Shown: piece by piece, positions 9,753 through 19,987 of the stretch | Numbering within the stretch: the stretch's first letter is position 1 | Layout of the letters: each line of letters starts with the position of its first letter | Source: Promethearchaeota archaeon | Lineage (GTDB): Archaea > Asgardarchaeota > Lokiarchaeia > Sigyniarchaeales > SOKP01 | Length of the DNA: 50,291 bases | Assembly: GCA_048941285.1 (NCBI GenBank) | Contig: JBHLNS010000021.1 | Location: 1 to 50,291, forward strand | Direction of reading: 5' to 3' | The notes under the pieces: model-generated | Seen by the model: the letters and a program-made list of their open reading frames with translations, nothing else | Told to the model about the DNA's origin: nothing | Databases searched by the model: none | Program-made: the position numbers and the translations under genes

Positions 9753-12700
9753 TTGGCATCTAGATCAAAAACAAATGATAATGAAGTCAATAAAACGGAA
9801 GATAAAAGAATTTTTATTAAAAAGGTAATATTAGAAAATTTTTTATCTTTCCAAAAGGATGAAGTTGATTTCGGTAATTCAAAATTCGTAATTATTGTAG
9901 GCCCAAATTGGAGTGGGAAAACATCTGTATTTCAGGCAATTAAATTTGCTTTAGGTAGCAATGAACGAGACGAGAGATACAAAAAATGGTCTAACTTCAT
10001 TAGAAATGGACAAGACCATGCAATGGTCGAGATCCATATTCAATCCGATAAAGATATTATAAAATTAAGAAGATATGTTATTAGAGGTCAATCACCATTT
10101 TTCAGTATTCAAAGAAAAGAAGATTTTGATTATAAAAAAATAACTGCTAAAGAAGTTCAGAGAGTAATTTCTGATTTCAATATTAACCCAGATAACCAGT
10201 TCGCTATTGTTAGTCAAGGGAAAATTGATGCGATTAAAAATTTAAAACCGACAGAATTATGTACTTTTCTTGAGGAAGGTATTGGATTAAAGGATTTGAG
10301 AGATGAAATAATACATCAAAAAAATGATGTTCTTAATTTGAATAATAATCTCCAATCATTAAAAAGTAAAAAAAATACACTAAATATTAGCTTGAATTTA
10401 TTAAATCCTAAATTGGAACGGTTGGAAAAAAAGAATAAATTCTTAGAAATTAAAAAAAAATTTACTGATGAGCTTCTATGGGCAAATAGAGACAGATTAG
10501 AAAAAGAAGTTATAAATCTTGAAGAGATAATTAAAAATGTTAAAGCTGTATTAGAAGGAATAAAAAAGAAGAAAGAAGTTTCCGGTAAGGAAATAAAAGC
10601 AATAAATAATAAGATTTCAGATGAGGAATTACACATTAATACTCTTTCAAAAGAACTGGGGGCTTTAAGTTATAAACAGAAAGATTTGACAGCAAAAATA
10701 CAAAATTGGCAGAAAGAGAAAATATTATCAAAGCAAGAGTTGGATGAGCTATCAGAAAAGATAAATGAATTTAATAAATCAATTAATAATTTAGAAAAAC
10801 AGAAAATTAGTTTGGAAAACGAAATACAAATTATTAAAAAGGAAATTAAAAATAATGGAATAAAAATTGATAATTTGATAACTGAACAGGACCAATTAAC
10901 TAGAAAAATAAAGCAGAACAGAGAACTTTTCGATGAATTCAATCAAATTAATCTTGAGAAAAATGATAAACTATTAAAAATCCAAGAGAATGAGAAATCC
11001 ATAAAAGTATTGAATGATGAAATCAATCAGCTTTTTCAGAGTTTCAAAGATATTGAGCATAAATTAGAAATGAATATATGGTTTTTAGAAAATCCAACTA
11101 AGAATTTAATTATTCAATTTGATCGAGAATTGAAAAGAGTTTCATTAAGATTATTTGATATTGAATCAGAATTGAAGCAGTTGGAATTTAATAAATCAAA
11201 AAAATTAAATAAATTAAAATTATTACAAGTTTCACTTAGAGAACGGCGTGTAATTCTACCATCAAATATAACTATTCTTAAAGATGAGATAATAAAAAGA
11301 GGATTAAAAGTCAAAGGCCCTATTATTGATTATCTAAAATATAATGATGAGTTAAGTTATGCTATAGAATCTGTTCTGGGTGAAAGATTGCTCTATAGTT
11401 TCATTGCTAATGATTGGGATACATTAAACTTATTAAAGAGATTAAAAGACAAATATGGAGCATATTGTAACATTTATCTTCCAAAGAACATTAATATTGA
11501 ACCTTTAATGAAAATTTCCGCTACAGGTGTGATCGGTTATTTAGCAGAATTAATTAAAATCATTGATAATGATATTGATATCAAAAAGGTGATTTATTCA
11601 AAAATAAAAAATTGTCTTGTTGTAAATGATTACCATTCGGGAAGACAAATCTATCAGAGACTCAATTTTAAAGGAAAATGTGTAACATTGAAGGGAGAAC
11701 AGATAATATCTTATAAATATGTCTTTGAAACTCCATATTTAAAAAGATTGAAAGGATTATTGAGTGCAGGCACTCAAAAGGAACAATCTAAGTTATTAGA
11801 ATCTGAGATAAAGTCTTTGAATGATAAGCTTTCAGAATTGAGAGTTGAACAAGCAAAACTCGATACGATACAACAAGATATATTTAAAAAAAAAGACTCG
11901 TTCAATGATCTCCTTTACAATTTTAACCAAAAACAGAGAATCACATCAAAAAAGAATCAATTATATGATCAAATTCATGAATTAGAAAAGATCAATTTAA
12001 ACTTTAATAATGAAGTTAAAGACTTAGATTATCAGCTTAAACAGTTGGAATCTCAAACAGATCCAGAATTTTTCAAATGGAATGACAGGATTAAAGAAAT
12101 ACCCAATGAATTAGCATTCCTTAATGAAGATAAGAAAAAATGGGATTTAAAGTTAATAGAGAGTTCAGAAATTCTAAAGGGAGTAAATGATAAATTAAAT
12201 AAGCAAGTATTTGAAAAAAATTCAATACAAATTGAGTATCAAACAAAAAGAGAAGCTTTTCAAAAAGCAGATAAAACTGCTTTTAAAATATATCGTCAGT
12301 TAGAAAATATAGAAGAAGAAATTGAATCAACTGAAAAACAAATCACCAATTTAAAAGGAGAAATTATACTATTAAAAAATAAAAGGAGTGATTTGGAGAA
12401 AAAAGATATTCAGATAACTTTAAATTATGAACAAGAAAATATCAAATTAAATTCTTATAATCAAGACCTTGAATCAAAAAAAAATGATTTAGATAGAATC
12501 AATTCTGAAATTGGACCGTTAGTTTCAGAAGAAATAATTAAAATCCGTTCTATAGAGGAAATTAATACAGATATTGCAAAAATTGAGAAAGAATTACTCA
12601 AATATTTAGATGTTGATGACTCTATTTTAATTGAGAAGGATCAGATAATAGCATCTCTTAAGGAAATTTCAAAAAATCAAAATAACCTAGAGAAGGATAT

Positions 12701-13214
12701 TAAAGCTGCAATTAAAACAGAAAATAAAATGGAAAAAACCTATTATCAAAAATTTAGTATCTTATTAGATAATCTTCAAATGAGAGTTAATCAAAAATTC
12801 GAAGATTCTCAAATTAAGGCTTATTGTTCCCTTGGATTAATTGGAGATTTTGAAAACTTAGGTGTTGATATTAAAGCTGCTACTTCAAAAGAACAATTAA
12901 AATCATTTACAGCGTTGAGTGGAGGGCAAGTTTCACTTATCTCGATCTGCTTAATCTTATCCTTGCAAGAAATTAAGCCTTCCGCACTCTCCATGCTTGA
13001 TGAGCCTGGGATGTTTTTAGATGAAAAGAATTCAGAAGTAGCTTATCAATTAATAAAATCAACACTAGAACAGAATCCGATTCAATTGTTTATGTTTTTA
13101 CCAAAATCCTCGAATTCATTATTCTTACTTGCTGAAAAGTTAATTGGGGTGGCAAGAGTAGGAAAAAAGGAAATTTCTTCGATATTTAAACCAAAAATTA
13201 TAAAGAAAAAATAG
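9753..13214 (+). CDS. smc: SMC5/6-related archaeal SMC ATPase
   Basis: LENFLSF, Walker A GPNWSGKT, FNINPDNQFAIVSQG, long coiled coils, central hinge (GPIIDYL..AIESVLG), LSGGQ, MLDEP, and QLFMFLPK in place of the H-loop as in SMC5/6. Confidence 0.88.
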   Translation: MASRSKTNDNEVNKTEDKRIFIKKVILENFLSFQKDEVDFGNSKFVIIVGPNWSGKTSVFQAIKFALGSNERDERYKKWSNFIRNGQDHAMVEIHIQSDKDIIKLRRYVIRGQSPFFSIQRKEDFDYKKITAKEVQRVISDFNINPDNQFAIVSQGKIDAIKNLKPTELCTFLEEGIGLKDLRDEIIHQKNDVLNLNNNLQSLKSKKNTLNISLNLLNPKLERLEKKNKFLEIKKKFTDELLWANRDRLEKEVINLEEIIKNVKAVLEGIKKKKEVSGKEIKAINNKISDEELHINTLSKELGALSYKQKDLTAKIQNWQKEKILSKQELDELSEKINEFNKSINNLEKQKISLENEIQIIKKEIKNNGIKIDNLITEQDQLTRKIKQNRELFDEFNQINLEKNDKLLKIQENEKSIKVLNDEINQLFQSFKDIEHKLEMNIWFLENPTKNLIIQFDRELKRVSLRLFDIESELKQLEFNKSKKLNKLKLLQVSLRERRVILPSNITILKDEIIKRGLKVKGPIIDYLKYNDELSYAIESVLGERLLYSFIANDWDTLNLLKRLKDKYGAYCNIYLPKNINIEPLMKISATGVIGYLAELIKIIDNDIDIKKVIYSKIKNCLVVNDYHSGRQIYQRLNFKGKCVTLKGEQIISYKYVFETPYLKRLKGLLSAGTQKEQSKLLESEIKSLNDKLSELRVEQAKLDTIQQDIFKKKDSFNDLLYNFNQKQRITSKKNQLYDQIHELEKINLNFNNEVKDLDYQLKQLESQTDPEFFKWNDRIKEIPNELAFLNEDKKKWDLKLIESSEILKGVNDKLNKQVFEKNSIQIEYQTKREAFQKADKTAFKIYRQLENIEEEIESTEKQITNLKGEIILLKNKRSDLEKKDIQITLNYEQENIKLNSYNQDLESKKNDLDRINSEIGPLVSEEIIKIRSIEEINTDIAKIEKELLKYLDVDDSILIEKDQIIASLKEISKNQNNLEKDIKAAIKTENKMEKTYYQKFSILLDNLQMRVNQKFEDSQIKAYCSLGLIGDFENLGVDIKAATSKEQLKSFTALSGGQVSLISICLILSLQEIKPSALSMLDEPGMFLDEKNSEVAYQLIKSTLEQNPIQLFMFLPKSSNSLFLLAEKLIGVARVGKKEISSIFKPKIIKKK

Positions 13215-13225
13215 GACTTGATTAA

Positions 13226-13882
13226 ATGCAATATAAAGATTTATCTAAAGAAATAAATGAGATGATAGAAAATATTAAAACAAGAGTCCTTTCTGGAGAA
13301 ATTTCTCTTTTGGATATTGAATTAGTGCCAATATTCAAGAATTTAAAGGATTCTCTTAATATTTTCAACTTAAACAAGTATTCCATCACATATGAGAGTG
13401 CATTTCAACTTCTCAGCCAAAAATTTGAAGAATTAAGAATTTTTTTAGACTTTTTAGATAATAAGGAGAAATTTATTGATTTTTTAAAGACAAATCCAAC
13501 TGATTTAGAAATTTACCAATTATTAAATGATTGTTGGAGAAAGCCTTTTATTGTTGATGCTGTCTCCCTGGAATTTCTTGAATCCTCTAAAGATAGACTA
13601 GTCAATGATAAAAAAGAACCTCTGGTAATTAAGCCTATTGATAAAATAGATTTTACACAAAATTTTTTTTTAGAAATACCCGAACATAAATTTACTGAAA
13701 AAATGATGGCTTTTTTTGAGCTAATTAAAAGAAAATTACCATGTTCTTATGATATGATATTTGAAGATGAGAATAATCAAATAAAATTATTTGAACATTT
13801 TGTATATCTTCTACATCTACTACAATTAGGCAAAATTAAATATCAAAAAGAATCAAATTTTTTATATTTAGAAGAGAGTTGA
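13226..13882 (+). CDS. Kleisin (ScpA/Nse4-like)
   Basis: N-terminal GEISLLDIEL and C-terminal winged-helix motif FVYLLHLLQLGKIKYQKE typical of ScpA. Starts 11 nt after smc. Confidence 0.75.
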   Translation: MQYKDLSKEINEMIENIKTRVLSGEISLLDIELVPIFKNLKDSLNIFNLNKYSITYESAFQLLSQKFEELRIFLDFLDNKEKFIDFLKTNPTDLEIYQLLNDCWRKPFIVDAVSLEFLESSKDRLVNDKKEPLVIKPIDKIDFTQNFFLEIPEHKFTEKMMAFFELIKRKLPCSYDMIFEDENNQIKLFEHFVYLLHLLQLGKIKYQKESNFLYLEES

Positions 13883-13888
13883 ATTTTA

Positions 13889-14404
13889 TTGAATGAGTTG
13901 ACAGTTTTGATGCATTTATTAAGCAGAAAAACATTTAAATCTAAGATTGGTGCTACTGAAGAGGAAATACTTGATAGTTTAAATATTAAAGATAAAAATA
14001 AATCCATTTATTTTCAAACTTTAATCAGTAACTTATCCAATTATCTTGAGCCTTTAGGTCTTCAAGTAAGATTTAATCCCCTTAACTCATACTGGTATGT
14101 GTCTTTTGACCCAGAAACAAATGAAATTTTAGCAGCAAACCCATTTGAAGGAAATCCTAGATTGGCAGCAACATTATTTTGTACATTGATATCTTGTTTT
14201 AGCAGTTCTGGGGAAACTACAGTTCAAAAAGTCAAAGAGATAAGGAAAAAAAAGGGAGTTTTAGAAGATTTAAAGGAATTAAAAAAAATGGGATTTGTCA
14301 CCATAGAAAAGAATTTGAATAATGTGAGTTTAACTCCTTTAATTGGATATATGATAGACTTAGAAAAACTCTTTTTAAAAATTGCTTTAAAGCTAAGAAA
14401 ATAG
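13889..14404 (+). CDS. Kite protein (tandem winged helix; ScpB/Nse1/Nse3-like)
   Basis: LISNLSNYLEPLGLQVR..WYV (first WH) and LKELKKMGFV..VSLTP (second WH). Follows the kleisin by 6 nt. Confidence 0.7.
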   Translation: MNELTVLMHLLSRKTFKSKIGATEEEILDSLNIKDKNKSIYFQTLISNLSNYLEPLGLQVRFNPLNSYWYVSFDPETNEILAANPFEGNPRLAATLFCTLISCFSSSGETTVQKVKEIRKKKGVLEDLKELKKMGFVTIEKNLNNVSLTPLIGYMIDLEKLFLKIALKLRK

Positions 14405-14432
14405 AATAAAATAAATTCTTAAAAATTAAGAT

Positions 14433-15068
14433 CTAATGTTGAGTGGTAATTTTTAAAATCATTTCTGCAACTTGGTTATTGTATGTCTCGACGTCTTCAA
14501 ATCCTTGTATGGTTTCACCACAAGTTATAAAAGTATCATTAATCGCAATCTTTCTTTTTTCAAAGAAATTAATAATTTGTGTTTTTACCTCATCAAGCTT
14601 TTTCGCTTTGTCTCCTTTAACCAAATCGATTTTATTTATACACACATATATTTTATCTGGAAAAAACCTAACATCATTAAAAAACTCAAATTGAGGCTTA
14701 AGGTCTCTATCCAGTGCGAAAACAGCTATAATCTGAGTAGCAATTCGAGAGATGGTGATAATACCCATTTTAACTACTGCTCTTGCTCGGTCTCCACCAG
14801 GGGCAAATATTGTGTGCGCTTTATTGGTATCATCTTCCCGAAACACAATTCGGTTAGGGTGAATTGTTTTAGTTTCTTTTTCATTAAGAGCATCCTCTTT
14901 TTCGCCTCCTGGAACAGTTGCTTCTCCAGAGAAATCAGCTTTAACCACTGAGCATTTTATTCCACCTTTTACTTTTTCAATGTCACCTTTTTTCAGATAT
15001 CTAACAAATAATCGAAGTATACTAGTTTTTCCAACACTGACGTCACCCAAAAGTCCAATATTTACCAT
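14433..15068 (-). CDS. Small GTPase (Ras-like superfamily, atypical G3)
   Basis: G1 GDVSVGKT and G4 NKID. The G3 position reads FAPGG. Confidence 0.85.
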   Translation of the reverse strand: MVNIGLLGDVSVGKTSILRLFVRYLKKGDIEKVKGGIKCSVVKADFSGEATVPGGEKEDALNEKETKTIHPNRIVFREDDTNKAHTIFAPGGDRARAVVKMGIITISRIATQIIAVFALDRDLKPQFEFFNDVRFFPDKIYVCINKIDLVKGDKAKKLDEVKTQIINFFEKRKIAINDTFITCGETIQGFEDVETYNNQVAEMILKITTQH

Positions 15069-15071
15069 TCT

Positions 15072-15884
15072 CTAAATTTCACCTTCTAATAATTTATTTA
15101 ATAGTAATTCATAATCTGGTATCAAAAATTGTTCAAGCAAAGCATTATTATGAGCATGTATAAGTGCTACCAATACTTCTTTTACATTTTTAAGATTTTT
15201 TGCATATTTTATTAAATTCTCTGCTGTAGGGTCTGCATTAAAATCGTTTTCCTTCTCATCAAATCCAAATTTTGAAAGTTCCGGTAAAGCATTGAAAAAT
15301 CCAAAGGCAGAATATCCTTGGTACTGGAAAAACACGAAGAATCTTGTTTTTATATTCTTTATAATTTGAGATAAATAAGCTGAAGGATAAATTTCTCCTA
15401 AAATTAAATCTTCATCTTGTCTAATAATAAAGTATGGAGAAATAGGAGAGACTTGAGAGCCATACATTTCTTTTGGAGGTATAGAAATAAAAGGTAATTT
15501 TTCTGAAACAATAGCCCATAGATCTTCTCTTTTCTTTTCTAATAAAATCTCTTTTATTTCATCATACGCAAAATAAAAATCTGATTGTAGTGCTAATAAT
15601 GAGCTTAAATAAACTGAAAGTGAAGCAAACGTGGCTTCTAATACGGGTCTTCTTCCTCCGTTAGTTTCTGAGGGTTTTACTGCACCTTTCCAAGCTCTTA
15701 ATCCAGAATATGCAAATGATTTAACATCAAAAAAAGCACCTGAAAGAAATAGAAAGGAAGGCGCTTCACCTTTTTCACCACTTAAAAATTCCAAAGCTCT
15801 TTCAATTAAAATACTCTCTAATTTCTCATCATGAAATTTTGAGTGGATTACTGGCATTTGGAGCCAAGTTTTTTTCTTTGCCAT
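15072..15884 (-). CDS. Hypothetical protein, likely co-transcribed with the small GTPase
   Basis: 270-aa ORF ending 3 nt before the GTPase start. No recognised motif. Confidence 0.75.
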   Translation of the reverse strand: MAKKKTWLQMPVIHSKFHDEKLESILIERALEFLSGEKGEAPSFLFLSGAFFDVKSFAYSGLRAWKGAVKPSETNGGRRPVLEATFASLSVYLSSLLALQSDFYFAYDEIKEILLEKKREDLWAIVSEKLPFISIPPKEMYGSQVSPISPYFIIRQDEDLILGEIYPSAYLSQIIKNIKTRFFVFFQYQGYSAFGFFNALPELSKFGFDEKENDFNADPTAENLIKYAKNLKNVKEVLVALIHAHNNALLEQFLIPDYELLLNKLLEGEI

Positions 15885-16059
15885 CGTTAATATAATCCTT
15901 ATGGTAAATTGGTTAAAATAAATAAGAATTACTGTATAATTAATTTTTACTATTTTAATTAAACAATATATTATCTCAATATAATATTTTGTATATAAAA
16001 AGTATCAGCTTAATTGAGTTATTCCGAAATCTCTAATCTTTCAAATATTGAAATTTTAT

Positions 16060-16689
16060 TTAGTTATTTGAACTGATTTCTTTAGCTAGAAGTTCTCTCA
16101 TTTTTGATGTAATTATATCATAATCTTTTATTGATTTTAAACCTCTAATACTCATATTTTCTATAAATTCAGTTTTTCTGAGATATTTATAATCTAAACT
16201 TAAGTTTGGATTACTTTCTTTAATTTTAATTAATGCTCCTTTCAAAAATATGCGAATAAAATCCTCAGAAGTTTCTTTAATACTTCTCTTTTCGGGCTCA
16301 ATAAATTTAATTTCAATTCTATTAAAATCATAAAAATTTAAAACACATAATAATTCTTCATCATTTTCTTTGCTTTTAGAAAATATTTTTCTTTTAATAT
16401 TGGTCCCTTCCACTTTTTCTTTTGAGATTTCTTCGACGAAATAATCCTCTTCAATTTGATTATCTACTTTTTTATATAATTCTTTTGAGTAAATTTCATC
16501 AGCGCTATGAAATGATTTACCCGATATAAGAGAATTTAAGAGATTTATAACATCTCTTAATTCATCTATCTCTGATTTTAAATCTTCAAGTTCTTCTTTT
16601 TTTTTGAGGTGAATATTTTGAATCTTACTAAGCATATGTGATAATTTCTCAATTTCATTTTCAGTGTCTTTAGGATCCATTGAATTCAT
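16060..16689 (-). CDS. Hypothetical protein with N-terminal coiled coil
   Basis: 209-aa ATG ORF with heptad-like KKKEELEDLKSEIDELRDVINLL. Confidence 0.75.
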   Translation of the reverse strand: MNSMDPKDTENEIEKLSHMLSKIQNIHLKKKEELEDLKSEIDELRDVINLLNSLISGKSFHSADEIYSKELYKKVDNQIEEDYFVEEISKEKVEGTNIKRKIFSKSKENDEELLCVLNFYDFNRIEIKFIEPEKRSIKETSEDFIRIFLKGALIKIKESNPNLSLDYKYLRKTEFIENMSIRGLKSIKDYDIITSKMRELLAKEISSNN

Positions 16690-16770
16690 ATATGATTTAT
16701 AAGAACTTAAAATTATTTAAAAATTAGTGCTATAGATTAATTAAGTAATTTGTTTTAAAGTGATATTGAT

Positions 16771-17643
16771 ATGGAATCAATGATTATAACTCCAAATTCA
16801 GAAGACCCAGAAGTTCAAATTCTATCAAAAGAATTTGAAAAACATGGTTATAAGGTACGTTATTTCGTTCCCTCATCAATTAGGGTAGATGTTGGGTTCC
16901 AACGTAGTTTTTACAAACATTTTGAATCTATTGAGCCCAAAGCGGCTCTTGTAAGGGGATTTGGGGCCGCAATTACTCAAAAGATATTTTTTAGACTCGA
17001 TATTCTACGTGCTATTGAGGAATATGATGTAAAATTAATCAATTCAAGAGAATCATTAGAAATTGCGAGCGATAAATTTTTAACATCAATTTTTTTAGAA
17101 AATTATAACATACCTACACCAAAAACAATTATTTGTGAAGATCCACAGAAAGCATTAGAAGCTTTTGATGAGTTGGGGGGAGATTGTGTTCTAAAGCCTT
17201 TATACGGTTCAAAAGGAATTGGAATAACTAGATTGAATGATAAAGCTTTTGCGGAAAATGTGATATATTCTTTAGGGAAATTAAACCAAGTTTTCTATTT
17301 ACAAGAATTTGTTGATCATTTCAATCGAGATATAAGGATTCTGGTTTTAGGAGATAAAGCCATTACCGGAATGTATAGGATCAGTGATAGCTGGAAAACA
17401 AACATATATGCAGGTGCTAAGGCTGAATCTATAGAAATAACTAAAGAATTGGAGAACCTTGCAATAAAAGCTGCAAAAATAACTAAAACAGAAATTGCTG
17501 GAGTTGATATAATTGAGCGTGAAAACGGATATTCTGTATTGGAGGTCAATTCAATCCCAGGATTTACTGCATTACAAAAAGTTACAGATGTAAATGTCGC
17601 TGGTGAAATTATTAACCACTTTTTAAAAAGAGTTAAAAACTAA
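16771..17643 (+). CDS. RimK/LysX/CofF family ATP-grasp amino-acid ligase
   Basis: ASDKFLT, IPTPKT, VLKPLYGSKGIG, YLQEFV, DIRILV, WKTNI, GVDIIE, EVNSIPG. Confidence 0.92.
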   Translation: MESMIITPNSEDPEVQILSKEFEKHGYKVRYFVPSSIRVDVGFQRSFYKHFESIEPKAALVRGFGAAITQKIFFRLDILRAIEEYDVKLINSRESLEIASDKFLTSIFLENYNIPTPKTIICEDPQKALEAFDELGGDCVLKPLYGSKGIGITRLNDKAFAENVIYSLGKLNQVFYLQEFVDHFNRDIRILVLGDKAITGMYRISDSWKTNIYAGAKAESIEITKELENLAIKAAKITKTEIAGVDIIERENGYSVLEVNSIPGFTALQKVTDVNVAGEIINHFLKRVKN

Positions 17644-17708
17644 AAAATATGTATAGAATAAAAATAAAAGAATTTGAATTATTTTTAGGAAATATTTACT
17701 TAAATTTT

Positions 17709-18041
17709 TCACTTTAAATCTTCAATTAATCCGATAAGAGCAGCGATAATTAAAAGGACACATGCTATTATTCCACCAGCGAAAACCACCAGAAGTATTC
17801 CTAATATAAATAAAAATAGCCAATGAAATGGAAAGGGATTATTAGGTTTAATTGCTGTATAAATTGTTATAACGGAGAAAACGATTCCAATAATTGCATA
17901 TAATAAGTCATAGAATCCTACATAATGCGGAATAATCCATGGAATACCAGCAATTGTAAAAATTTGACTAGCTAAAGCTACTAAGCCTCCGATCACAGTT
18001 AGGAATTTCATTATACCTTCATTTTTGTATTTCTTAGCCAT
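17709..18041 (-). CDS. Small integral membrane protein
   Basis: 110 aa with about four hydrophobic segments. Confidence 0.75.
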   Translation of the reverse strand: MAKKYKNEGIMKFLTVIGGLVALASQIFTIAGIPWIIPHYVGFYDLLYAIIGIVFSVITIYTAIKPNNPFPFHWLFLFILGILLVVFAGGIIACVLLIIAALIGLIEDLK

Positions 18042-18183
18042 TTGTTATCAACACGTTTGAAAAAATGATTTTTAATAATTTTCTAAATTATAAAAGAATT
18101 TAATATTTTGCTTTCTAATATAATAATCAATTTTAAACTTGAACAATAAAACTTTATTTAAGATATAAACCAATCTAATTATT

Positions 18184-19128
18184 ATGATTCATAAGAGTAA
18201 TCAATTCAATAATAAGATTTTCGCACATACATATTCTATTGTAGCTAGGGACTCTGAAACGGGAGAAATGGGTGTAGGAGTTCAAAGCCATTGGTTTTCA
18301 GTGGGTAGTGTGGTTTCATGGGGGGAAGCAGGAGTTGGAGTTGTAGCAACTCAATCATTAGTTAATAAATCGTTTGGTTTACGTGGACTTGATCTATTAA
18401 AACAAGGTAAATCACCACAGGAAGCAATAGCCTTTCTAATCTCTGATGATGAAGGAAGAGATGTAAGACAATTAGCTATTTTAGATACTCAAGGACGTAT
18501 CGCTACACATACTGGATCAAAATGTATAAAATATGCGGGTCATACAATAGGTGATAACTTTTCTGTTCAAGCAAATATGATGCTCTCCAATAAAGTTTGG
18601 CCAGCAATGGCGGAAGCTTTTGAAAATTCAAATAATTTAGCTTTACCTGAACGGATTATTAAAACTTTAGAAGCTGCTGAGTCTGTCGGGGGGGATATAA
18701 GAGGAAAGCAATCTGCTGCCTTGCTAGTTGTCGCTGGTGAATCAACTGAAAATAAATGGGAAGATCCAATTATTGATCTCCGAGTAGAGGATCATATTGA
18801 GCCACTGAAAGAGTTAGACAGGTTATTAAATATATTTAGGGCATATGAACATATGAATAAAGGAGATCTCGCAATAGAGAAGGGAGATATGAAGAAAGCC
18901 CTTAATGAATATAATTCTGCTCAGAAAATGTTTCCAGAAAACCTCGAGATGAGTTATTGGACTGCTGTCTCATTAGCTAATCAAAATAATTTAAATGAAG
19001 CATTACCATTGTTTAAAGAAATATTTAAAAAAGAGGAGAATTGGCGTTTACTTACAGAAAGACTTCCACATTCAGATTTACTTAATTTAAATGCAGTAGA
19101 TTTAAAAAAAATCTTATCACTAAAGTAA
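18184..19128 (+). CDS. DUF1028 (Ntn-hydrolase-like) protein with C-terminal TPR
   Basis: TYSIVARD..GVGVQS..GVGVVATQS, GGDIRGKQSAALLV, DLRVEDH..P, followed by TPR-like helices. Confidence 0.88.
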   Translation: MIHKSNQFNNKIFAHTYSIVARDSETGEMGVGVQSHWFSVGSVVSWGEAGVGVVATQSLVNKSFGLRGLDLLKQGKSPQEAIAFLISDDEGRDVRQLAILDTQGRIATHTGSKCIKYAGHTIGDNFSVQANMMLSNKVWPAMAEAFENSNNLALPERIIKTLEAAESVGGDIRGKQSAALLVVAGESTENKWEDPIIDLRVEDHIEPLKELDRLLNIFRAYEHMNKGDLAIEKGDMKKALNEYNSAQKMFPENLEMSYWTAVSLANQNNLNEALPLFKEIFKKEENWRLLTERLPHSDLLNLNAVDLKKILSLK

Positions 19129-19400
19129 GAAAATCCATTTTTTTTTGATTGGATATTACAGAGATATTTTTGTGTTTTAAATATGAACATAATTGAAAAA
19201 AAAATGTGATTGAAGAAAAAATAATACTGTATAAAAATGGAATTGAAATAGCAAAAGAGCGCTCTAGAGGTAAATATGCTGATCACGATTATTACAATAA
19301 TTTAATTTCCAAATTTGAGAGGATCTTAAAATTTTATGAAGATTTAAAAGTTTGGAAAGACTTTTCAAAAGAATAAACTCAATAATTAAAGAATCGTTTT

Positions 19401-19979
19401 CTAATCATCAGTATTATATAATTCTTGATTAATAAATGGCAATAGAGCACAAATCACGGCTTTAGAAAGAATTTCTGTTCTTGTAAGAACATTTTTACTT
19501 AAAAAACTGATAGCTCCTGTCTCATTTTTCAAATTTATATTATTTGCAAGCTTTCCCATAATTTCACCAATCTCTTTTCCTTGATTTGGGAATATTTGAT
19601 CGACAATGAATTTTGGATATTCAAAAGCGATACCAGAACCAAGTGAAATTTTTTTTGTTTCATTAATAATAGCACAAAATTGAAAATCCATAAATCCTGT
19701 TCTTGTATAGGGGATCTCAACTAAACCCGCTTCAATTCCTACACCGAAAATATTAATACTTGTCTTTTTTTCAAAAATTATAAAATCTAATGAGTATTGG
19801 GCTCTGTTAATTGCTCCTTGGATAATAGACTTTAATTCTATTGGTTGATTTGGTACTTTTGAATCGGCTTTAATGTGATATACTTCAAAATAATTATAAT
19901 ATTTACTAAAACCCAATTTTACTGCATTTATTTTTGTAGGATTTAAAGAACCTACACAGATATTAATTTTGGGTTGCAT
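19401..19979 (-). CDS. yjjX: Inosine/xanthosine triphosphatase (YjjX/DUF84 family)
   Basis: VGSLNPTKINAV, SKVPNQP, GAINRA, GVGIEAG, GAISFLS..LTR. Confidence 0.9.
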   Translation of the reverse strand: MQPKINICVGSLNPTKINAVKLGFSKYYNYFEVYHIKADSKVPNQPIELKSIIQGAINRAQYSLDFIIFEKKTSINIFGVGIEAGLVEIPYTRTGFMDFQFCAIINETKKISLGSGIAFEYPKFIVDQIFPNQGKEIGEIMGKLANNINLKNETGAISFLSKNVLTRTEILSKAVICALLPFINQELYNTDD

Positions 19980-19987
19980 TATGATTA

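Noticed and set aside
8481-14404. Wadjet (JetABCD) or MksBEFG anti-plasmid system
   Set aside because: No Toprim nuclease (JetD/MksG) is adjacent, the gene order differs, and the SMC motifs look SMC5/6-like.
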